Part shown: piece by piece, positions 54,090-64,000 of the stretch
Numbering within the stretch: the stretch's first letter is position 1
Layout of the letters: the number at the start of each line of letters is the position of its first letter
Assembly: GCA_951406725.2 (NCBI GenBank)
Contig: OX597816.1
Coordinates: 35,092,001-35,156,000 of the forward strand
Origin: Octopus vulgaris
Taxonomy: Eukaryota
Direction: 5' to 3'
Length of the DNA: 64,000 bases
The notes under the pieces: model-generated
Told to the model about the DNA's origin: nothing
Database searches by the model: none
The model's input: the letters and a program-made list of their open reading frames with translations, nothing else
Program-made: the position numbers and the translations under genes

Positions 54090-55500
54090 GAGAGTTTACG
54101 AAAAAAACAAGAGTAAGAGAGGTGGTGTACAAAGCAAACAGATGTATTAGTATAACGCTCAGGAATAAAAAAAAGTATTTTACGTTTCGAGCCTACGCTC
54201 TTCTACAGAAAGGGACACAGAAAAAAACAAAGAGAGAAACAATTTATGTAGTGGCTAACGATCTATCATGGCGACTGCCGGACAGAAGGGTCACAAAGGA
54301 GAACGAAGAAGCAGGGGAGATAAAATAAAGATGCCTCCCCAACACGAAGGTGCGTGTGTGTATAAGGGAGTATGTATGTGCGAATGAAAGAGGGTTGGTG
54401 GTCTGGACGTGTGCGTAGGTGTAGGTGTGAAAATGTGGGGATGGGAATTAGTCAGTGCTGGTGTGTGGTTGGTGGGTTGTGATGTGATGTGTAATGTTGT
54501 ATGGTGTAGTGTGGTGTGGTGTGATGTTGTTTGGAGTTGGGTGAGGCGAGAGTGGAGAAAGCACGGGTGTGGTATGGGTCCAGCTGAGTGTTGGGGTATG
54601 GGGTAGGCAGAGGGTGGTGATAGAGGTGGGGTTTGTGGGTAGGCAGAGGGTGGTAGTAGAGGTGGGATATATGGGAGAGGGTGTAGGGGATAGGATGGGG
54701 GGATGGGAAGTATAGGGAAGGTGGAGTAGGAATGTGTATGGGTGCGTTGGGCTTATAGGGAAGGGTTGATTATGAAGGGGGAAGGGGAAGGTGGGTATGT
54801 CAGGAAAGAGAGTAAGAGAGAAGAGAGAAATATGGAAGAGAGAAAGCGAGTGAGAGAGAAGAGAGAAAGAGAGAAGAGAGAAAGAGAGTAAGAGAGAAGA
54901 GAGAAAGAGAGAAGAGAGAAAGCGAGTAAGAGAGAAGAGAGAGAGAGAAGTAGGAATGAAGAGAAGTAGGAGTGAAGATATGTAGGAGTCGGGCAAGAGA
55001 GGAGAGTTGGGTGGGAGGAAGTAGGAGGGGGGAGAGGCAGGGGGAGAAGGTTAGATGCATAGGGGAGGAGAGTTGAGCCCAAATGGCGTAAAGGAGCGAA
55101 GAGAGAATATTAATCTCTGTTCACGGCGCAAACGGGACTCACTATGGTCTCTGCAAGGACAATCTGAACACGGACGGGTGTTGTAAAGAGTGACCGGTAG
55201 ATCGGAAACGGCATGAGACCGGGGTGTTATTGCCGAGGCGGATGTCTCGGAGGTGTTCCGCGAACCGGTCAGCCAAGCGGTGTCCCGTTTGTCCGATGTA
55301 CAGAGAATGACAGAGAGAGAGAGAGCATGAGATGTAATATATGATATTGGTGGAGTGCAGGTGATGGAGTCGGTGATGCAATAGGGTCGATGCTGGGTGC
55401 CGGTGAGGAGACTGGTGTTGGAGAGGTAAGGGCAAGTGCGGCAGCGTGGGCGGGAGCAGGGGAACGAACCAGGCTGGGAGGTAGACACACACTGTGTGTG
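54086..55500 (-). mobile_element. 5'-truncated Penelope-like element (Neptune-like): zinc finger, GIY-YIG, 3' UTR and terminal repeat
   Basis: Translations FPCSRPRCRTCPY, NIIYYISCS..C..LYIGQTGHRLADRFAEH and RLRREQRLIFSLRSFTPFGLN, split by frameshifts; bounded by TA tracts. Confidence 0.92.
54176..54213 (-). ncRNA. Hammerhead-like motif, variant core CUGUAGA
   Basis: Minus strand reads UUU CUGUAGA A GAGC GUAG GCUC GAA ACGU A AAA; stem I is reduced to 3 bp. Confidence 0.55.
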
Positions 55501-55530
55501 AGCATGTATGTATATATATACGTATATGTG

Positions 55531-55563
<33 letters not shown>

Positions 55564-55566
55564 CAA

Positions 55567-55801
55567 AATGGTCCCTTTGCATACTGAATACTTGGTGAAA
55601 TTGATTAATTAATTAATTTTACCCTCAATTGTTGAAATTATAATTCATCTCTCTCTATTTAATGCTTCGGATTTTACCGAAAAAGCATAGTGTTTACTGA
55701 TTTTAACCCACGCTGGTGGAAAGGGGAGAGCAGAAATTCTTCGCTTGCATATTTTGGGTTTGCTGGCACTGTTAGTTTCGAGCAGATCTTCAGAAGCGAT
55801 A
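55567..55801. repeat. Partial copy of the 556-bp unit, between TA tracts
   Basis: Essentially identical to the reverse complement of ~56390-56625. Confidence 0.92.
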
Positions 55802-56017
55802 TATATATATGTCAAAAAATTGTGAAGCATGACTGTCAACACTACTACATGAACCCGAAGATTGCAGAATTCAATGCATGAAAGTACTAGTTCAATCAGA
55901 ATGAATATTTAACATTCTACTATTTCATTTTATTTTATTCAATTATAATATATTATCTTTATATCATTATAAGATTGTAAATAAAACGTGAAAATCAGAC
56001 AAGGTTGGAATTCTTTT

Positions 56018-56087
<70 letters not shown>

Positions 56088-56095
<8 letters not shown>

Positions 56096-57242
56096 AAAGG
56101 GCTTAGTAAAATAAATTACTTTGCCACATACTGAACTCATTAGAAATAGTACCCAAAAAAAAACTTTTTTTAAACTATTTCTAATACTTAAAGAAAATCT
56201 CTCTCATATAGTGTTTGCTCAATTCAACTCACGAAAGTATGGGGGTAAAGACATTAAAAAATCAAATGCAAAGGTTATTTGAGAACGTACGTTTCTAGAT
56301 TAGTCAACTCGACATTTCTATCATCAGCTTAGAACTCCTTGGTTTGGATTTGAAAACACTGAAAGTGGGAGCATACCCTTTCGGCTTCTTATCGCTTCTG
56401 AAGATCTGCTCGAAACTAACAGTGCCAGCAAACCCAAAATATGCAAGCGAAGAATTTCTGCTCTCCCCTTTCCACCAGCGTGGGTTAAAATCAGTAAACA
56501 CTATGCTTTTTCGGTAAAATCCGAAGCATTAAATAGAGAGAGATGAATTATAATTTCAACAATTGAGGGTAAAATTAATTAATTAATCAATTTCACCAAG
56601 TATTCAGTATGCAAAGGGACCATTTAAGGCGAATTCTTGGTGAAATTGATTAATTAATTAATTTTACCCTCAATTGTTGAAATTATAATTCATCTCTCTC
56701 TATTTAATGCTTCGGATTTTACCGAAAAAGCATAGTGTTTACTGATTTTAACCCACGCTGGTGGAAAGGGGAGAGCAGAAATTCTTCGCTTGCATATTTT
56801 GGGTTTGCTGGCACTGTTAGTTTCGAGCAGATCTTCAGAAGCGATAAGAAGCCGAAAGGGTATGCTCCCACTTTCAGTGTTTTCAAATCCAAACCAAGGA
56901 GTTCTGAGCTGTGATAGAAATGTCGAGTTGACTAATCTAGAAACGTACGTTCTCAAATAACCTTTGCATTTGATTTTTTAATGTCTTTACCCCCATACTT
57001 TCGTGAGTTGAATTGAGCAAACACTATATGAGAGAGATTTTCTTTAAGTATTAGAAATAGTTTTAAAAAGGTTTTTTTGGCTACTATTTCTAATGAGTTC
57101 AGTATGTGGCAAAGTAATTTATTTTACTAAGCCCTTTTATATAATGTAATAATTTGAATTCGCCTTAAATGGTCCCTTTGCTTACTGAATACTTGGTGAA
57201 ATTGATTAATTAATTAATTTTACCCTCAATTGTTGAAATTAT
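56088..57242. repeat. Inverted plus partial tandem copies of a 556-bp unit
   Basis: Arms 56088-56600 and 56636-57145 are reverse complements with a 35-bp spacer; CTTGGTGAAATTGATT recurs at 56636 and 57192. Confidence 0.95.
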
Positions 57243-57855
57243 ATATATATATATATATCGTCACTGAAGTATTTCATATGTGATACTTACTTGTAACATG
57301 GAACTACTGGTGATATGGAAGCCAGCACAACCGCTTGTTTGGTCGAATTCAGTGACCAAACCACCACAACCCAGGCTTACCTGCGAGGATGTTTGGTGGG
57401 GACCCAGAAGGACTAATACAAAGGCCTATAAAAAATATCATTGAACCTACTGTAGGTTCTACGTCTCGCTAGCAATAACACGGGGCCCCAGAAAATAACG
57501 TTTGGTGTCCGTTGGGCTGGAGGGCCACTGGTTGTAGGGTGTACTTCAGCGTTGGTTAAAGAATATAGCTTGTAAAGACCACTCTTTTCTCGAAGACGTC
57601 TGTAGATTGGAGAGGTTGTCTCAGGTGCTATGCAAGTCTTTTTAGGCCCAACATTTTGGATTGCACAATCGCTGGCAAAGCGACTTTACGATGCCCAGTT
57701 GAGTAGGGGAGCATCGTAATAAACACAGAAGCAGCTGAGGGTAATGTGGGTGAATCCGATAAAGGGTAAAGCAACCTCATGCTCGGGCATTACGGTATTT
57801 CGCACACGCTATATTCACACACGTATATGTGTACACATATGCGAAAGTGAATGTT

Positions 57856-57889
<34 letters not shown>

Positions 57890-57892
<3 letters not shown>

Positions 57893-58232
57893 GATCCTGG
57901 AAGGAATTGTGCATGGTGCCAAAGATCCCAGCAATGCCATCACGCTTCAGGACCAGTTACTGCAACAGCCTGGGCCCACGGCTTTTTAATATTCTCCCAA
58001 AGAGTCTGAGGAACTTGCACAAAGTAGATGTAGGGGTTTTTAAATCAAAGCTGGACCTCTTCCTATCGGGAGTCCCAGATGAGCCTACCTCACGGCAAGA
58101 GGTGCAAATGAGGGTAGCTATATCAAACTCCATTCTTCTTCAAGTGCCACATACTAGAGCATGCTCCTAGTAATAACAGTGTAGCGCAAAACGGCGGTGC
58201 ATCAGCATGGCCGCAGCTCTGAGCTGAAACTT

Positions 58233-58235
<3 letters not shown>
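57890..58235 (+). mobile_element. CR1/L2-group LINE 3' end
   Basis: Translation SLGPRLFNILPKSLRNL..VDVGVFKSKLDLFLSGVPDEP...SNSIL; tail GGCGGTGCATCAGCATGGCCGCAGCTCTGAGCTGAAAC. Confidence 0.85.
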
Positions 58236-58285
<50 letters not shown>

Positions 58286-59314
58286 ATGTGTGTGTGTGTG
58301 TGTGTGCGTGTGTGCGTGTGTGCGTGTGTGCGTGTGTGCGTGTGTTTGTGCGGGGTTATGTATTATGTAGTCGATTATATTTGCATCTGTATATGATGGT
58401 TGAGAAATATAGTGTTCTTACACGAACATACGTGATTGCAGACGTAGTAAATATTTCTAGCATTGTTTTAGTGCACTGTTTTCTTTCATTTTCTACCATG
58501 TAAGTTCTTCCTTGGCTTCCATACAAACCTTTTGTACGTAATTTATAGACATACCTTCATTATTTTCTCTCCTGTTCCACGTTGGTAAGTGGTGCCAATT
58601 CTTTTATCAAGACGGTATAATTAGTGTGAAAGCTCATTATGCATTTCTTGATTCGAATTATTCTAAATTAATCTATTTTTCATTAAGACTACATATATTA
58701 TTCATGATTTTTCTAGTCGCATTGAATAATTCAATAATTTGTATTAGAAAAAAGGATTATAAAATATTTATAGGCTTCTGTATGGCATTTTTCAACTTGT
58801 AATTCCCACGTATTATAAACTTCAACAAGTTTCTTATGCAGAATCTTTTAAAAAATAATTACTCATTATTTATCTATAGATTACATTGTTTTGAATGATT
58901 TACATAGTTTTTCCAATATATAAGCTTTCTTCGTGTTTCATTACAACAAACAGAAAAAAAATACAGAAATCAACGAAAATGGTAGGAATTCAGGGTGTAT
59001 TCTTCAGTACAAATATTGTGCCCAACTGCTTTATTACACTCACTATCAGAGCTCAATACAACAACTACAAACTTGGTGTCGTCCTTCGCCACCAAATTAG
59101 GAAGTACTTGAATCCTGAGTTTACGATTCGTACTAACAACGAAAGTACCAGGGATCTAGGTATTTTCTTTACAAAATAAAGAACACAAATAGATTCAGGT
59201 TTACTACAGCCGCTTCAGTACTGTTTTGTTGTTCGAAAATTCGATTACATCATGGAAAAATAACCCAGTTTTCTTGAAGTGTCTGTGTATTTATGCATAT
59301 ATGTGGTTGTGTCG

Positions 59315-59476
59315 AGGTGCAGACGTTGCTGTGTAGGAAGAAGCCTGCTTCCCAACCACATGGTTCCGGGTTCAGTCTCGCTGCGTGGCACCTTTGGCAA
59401 TTGTCCTCTACTATAGCCTTTCGCTAACTAAAGCTTTGTGAGTGGATTTAGTAGATGGAGTATAAGAGAAGCTCGT

Positions 59477-59534
<58 letters not shown>

Positions 59535-59535
59535 C

Positions 59536-59580
<45 letters not shown>

Positions 59581-59635
59581 TACATATACATATATATACA
59601 TATATATATACATATATATATATATATACATACAT

Positions 59636-59688
<53 letters not shown>

Positions 59689-59694
59689 TATACA

Positions 59695-59793
<99 letters not shown>

Positions 59794-60241
59794 CCGAATT
59801 TGTGTGAATGTGTATAGAATAATATATCAGTTGAATAAAGTTAAAACATGGTCTGGTTTCACGTTTTATTTTATTATTGTATTATTATTTTACAATGTTG
59901 AAGTGTATATTAAACATTGGATATATATTTTGTGATGCTCATAAAGTTCAATCAGCGCTCTGACATGTTCGTAGTGATCATTAGGTTTCAAAATATATTT
60001 AACTGACAGATTATTTATCAAGAACTCAACAGTTGGTTAAATGCATTCCAAAATCTAATGATTACTTCGAACGTATGAACGCGCTAATTGAATTTTATGA
60101 ACATTACAAAATATATTTTAATTCTGTAAAAATCTTTTTTTTAAATGCACTAATATAAAAACCTGAAAACCAGACAGATCATGTTTTAACCTTATTCAAC
60201 TAATATATGTGTATGTGATTGTGTATATGTATGTGTGCGTA

Positions 60242-60278
<37 letters not shown>

Positions 60279-60482
60279 CTTTCAATGTTTACCTACCCTA
60301 TCGCATGACAACTGATGTTGGTATGATTACGTCCTCGTAATTTAAAGGTTCGGAAGAAGAGGTCAATAAAATACGCACCAGGCTTACAAAGAATAAGTCT
60401 AGCGGTCGAATTCTTCAACTAAAAGGTGTTGTTCCAGCGTGGCCATAGTGAAATGACTGAAACAAGTAACAGAATAAAAGAG
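59315..60482 (+). mobile_element. SINE family A halves (59315-59478 and ~60280-60482) split by expanded (TA)n(GT)n and unrelated sequence
   Basis: Head and tail both match the 42220 copy. Confidence 0.75.
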
Positions 60483-60580
60483 TATATATATATATATATA
60501 TATATACGTGTGATTGTGTAATATAAATTATATTACTCAAAGAAATTCCAACTTTGTTTCCCACGGTTTATTTACAATCT

Positions 60581-60690
60581 TATAATAATATAATATAATA
60601 TAATATAATATAATATAATATGATATAATATAATATAATATAATATGATATAATATAATATAATATAATGTAATATAATACAATATAATG
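60581..60690. repeat. (TATAA)n pentanucleotide repeat
   Basis: Seen directly. Confidence 0.95.
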
Positions 60691-61937
60691 AAATGATAGA
60701 ATATTCTGATTGAAGAAGTATTTTCGTGTGTTACACTATGCAGTGTTTAGGTTCATATAGTACAATTTACACAATGAATTCAGTTGAACCAGGATCAATA
60801 AAGAAGGTAATTTTTATTTTAAATTTACGTCTTCAATTAAGTTTAAATCATAAATCTCTGAGATGCTTTGCATTTATGGTTTCATTGAAGCATATGATGA
60901 AAATGAAAGTTTATTTCCATATCCTTAAGAATAACGTTCTTAAGGGCAATGGAACCTGTAAGAATGTATATTAAATTAATAAAACTGTTGGCAGGTATCA
61001 ATACATTTGGTTTATATCTGTATGCATATGTGACTCTAGAAGTTTCTCTTTTTTTCTTTTTTCATTCAAATATTAGCAAAAATTTCATTTCTTGACTGCC
61101 TTTAACATTGTTTTTTTTTTCAAAATTTGCTATTCGGAAAATAAATTCTTCCGACAATATGAGCAATTACTTTTATATTTCAATAAAAATATCTTAGATT
61201 GACAAGAGGGAAATCTTCCTCAGCAGAGATGTGGAGCTGGCTGATACAACAAAAAAATTTCAGTTATATACATTAGCGTAACGAACAAATTCTTCTCTCT
61301 ATTAGCTATGTAAACATTTGCATGTTATCTTTGTTACAATTCACGAACTGGCTTCAAAGAAGACAAGTGAGATTTCATTGTTCTGGTGTCTACATAACTA
61401 ATGATTAGCAATTATTCCATAAATTAATTACGATAGATGCCATCATTTCCCCAGGACATAGACAACAACTTTATAGCATTTAATAGGTTGTACGATAAAT
61501 AACATTGGTTCATATTACAGTCCCAAAAATGCCACGAACGAAGGCTTTGAATAATTAACTTTCATGTTAACTTCAATAGGGCAATTTTCTTATATGTCAA
61601 GTTATGGACTACGTTACTAAAAGACTATATTCTCTGTTTGAATTGTTTCGCGATGATCCGAAAATAGCGAATGACCTTTATTCTAGGTTACTGTAATTAA
61701 CGACACATTTCCTCAATAGATTTAATACGCTAAATTTTAGTTGTTTTGTTTACGTACGTACGCGTGGTGTGTGTCACACTTACTTCAAAGAAGTGATTGG
61801 CAAAGCGAGAGAGAGAGGAGACCAGAGAGTAAGTAAAAGCGAAAGTGAGGGAGCGAGAGAGAAAGAAAAATAGTACAAAAAACAATGAGTGGTGACGGCG
61901 TTCGTTTTGTGTTTTTAAATGTTTCAGAGAGGAAATA

Positions 61938-61971
<34 letters not shown>

Positions 61972-62217
61972 GGAGGAGAGAAAGAGAGGGACTAAGAGAC
62001 AGTGAATGGTAACAGCGTTCGCATTGTGCTTTTAAAGTTGATACTTAGATACATGCACACATTGTTCAATTAAAAGCGGGAGAAAGGAGAGACACAAAGG
62101 AAGTGAAAGAGAAAGAGAGAAAGTGAGAGAATCAGTAGATCCAAAGAAAAGTTATAGATACATAAACACAGCAAATACTGGATGTCACTTTCACTGTTCA
62201 TTAGCGCACGAAGATAA

Positions 62218-62985
62218 AATTAACTCGTAGGTGGCTGAGTACTCCAGAGACATGCATACCATTAATGTAGCTCTCAGGGAGATTCAAACTCACACAGAAT
62301 ATGATAAGGTTGGCTCCTTTGAATTACAGCTACAACTAATTTTGGCCAGCTGAGTGGATTGGAGTTACATAAACTTTCAAATGGTTGGAAGAAGACGAAA
62401 AAGATCCTATACGGGGCAGGAAAATGTTTTTTCGTCCTTAGGGTCAATATGAAGTGTTAACCCGGTCCTAACAGTGACATTCGTTGATCTCACCGATCTG
62501 GAGGCAAAGCCTCCAGATAATCACCGATGTGCAGGCTGTTGTTATCAAACTGAGTGTGAGTCGAGTGCGAATACACAATGGAATAGGAATTATTTCGTCT
62601 TAGCTTTCACTGCTTATACTAAACACATATTTTTGCCTTACAATATGGAACATTTCCTTTTCTTTCACTTAAAAATTGGCACTCCCTCGGTTACGACGAT
62701 GTGGTTCCTGTTTATCTGATTAACGATCAGTCTGTTGGTAAAATTAACGTGCATGTGGCTGGGTACTCTAGAGTCATGCATACCACAAGGTACTCCTCAG
62801 GGAGATTCAGTCTCACACAGAATGTGACAAGGCTGGGCCCTTTGAATAACTTAAAATCTCATTTTCCAGCTGAGTGGACTGCAGCAAGGTGAAGTAGCGT
62901 ACCTTGCTCAAAGACACAGCGCACCACTGGGAATCGTACTCATGACGTGGCCGAATACACCTAAGAACTGAGCAACCCACCTGCA
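62218..62985 (-). mobile_element. Two SINE family D copies (62218-62365 partial; 62741-62985)
   Basis: Shared GTGGCTG.GTACTC...CTCAGGGAGATTCA...CCAGCTGAGTGGA; the second copy extends to CTTGCTCAAAGACAC...GGGAATCG (reverse B-box). Confidence 0.78.
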
Positions 62986-63483
62986 CTCTTTTAACCGTAG
63001 AGAAATGGAGTGAAGCGATAGAGACAGTGAAAGGAAAGCCTCAGTCATTTACAATGACAATTAGATCGCTTTTTTTTCTAGCTTCTTTACCTTTAAGAAT
63101 GAAGAAGAGACAACGACATTTAGTAATGAATAGAGGGAAATACTTCCAGGTGTTTTCGCTTTTATTCTAGGAGTTCAAGAACAAGGATTGCTAGTTCTGT
63201 CTTATTTCCCTGATGCGTACTCGTCTTTCTTCATGGTTCTTCATGTATTTTAGTTGGCGGGGGGAGCCCATATATTTTTTTCAGGCACGTTTAACGCTTT
63301 CTCTACAAACTACAAAATACCCTCACCCTGCCTTCATTTTACATTCATACACAAACCAGTGCAAATTTCGAACGGGGAACAACTGTGAAAAGAGCCCAGA
63401 AAAATGAGTAATACCCCCTACAAAATGGGTGAGGGAAAAAGTTGCCAACAGATGGCTACAGGAAATTCAAATTCATACTTCAG

Positions 63484-63813
63484 AAAGTGTCTTCTAATAT
63501 AGCCTCGGGCCGACCAAAGCCTCGTGAATGAATTTGGCAGACTGAAACTGGAAGAAGACCCGTCATATATATATATATATATATAATATTTTTACGTATG
63601 TGTGTTTGTCGCTGTGTTTGTCATCCAAACACAACTATCTGACAATCGATGCTGGTGTGTTCGCGTCCTGTAACTTAGCCGTTCGGCAGAATAAACTGAT
63701 AGAATAAGCACGAGGCTTACAGGGAATAAATCCAGGGGTCAATTTCTTCGACTAATGGGCTGTGCTTCAGCATAACTACCGTCAAATTACTGATACAAGT
63801 AAAAGAATAAAAG
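63484..63813 (+). mobile_element. SINE family A, 5'-truncated
   Basis: AAGTGTCTTCTAATATAGCCTCGGGCCGACCAAAGCC...GATAGAATAAG...AGTAAAAGAATAAAAG. Confidence 0.85.
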
Positions 63814-64000
63814 ACTAGCAGAAGTACCAGTAAACCAAGAAGGATCTTTGAATATGTACGAGGTATTCTAAGGCTAAATAGTAATTCTGTTTACGTTTGC
63901 ATAACTGAGATATGTTGGTTGGATTACATATATTTTTTTCGTTTCATATTTCTTTCTATATTCTTTAACTGTCCCAATATAGAAACGTCTCTCGTGGCAC

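Overview
AT-rich, repeat-dense metazoan non-coding DNA with no recognisable host protein-coding gene. The microsatellite load and SINE/LINE repertoire suggest a coleoid cephalopod such as Octopus (inference). Almost all listed ORFs are microsatellite artefacts. The window holds decayed Tc1, mariner, Chapaev-like, Helitron, CR1-like, L1/Tx1-like and Penelope-like (GIY-YIG) elements, a Tc2-like MITE, a foldback element and about 20 SINE copies from at least four families. The main unexplained signal is a cluster of minimal type I hammerhead ribozyme (HHR) motifs: 13 copies from about seven sequence families, most embedded in (TA)n tracts. They include a 355-nt rod-folding retrozyme-like unit, an opposite-strand HHR pair in a large palindrome, a 556-bp permuted/inverted unit, and a Penelope-linked family with a conserved non-canonical CUGUNGA core. 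All alignments and folds were done by eye; boundaries are approximate.
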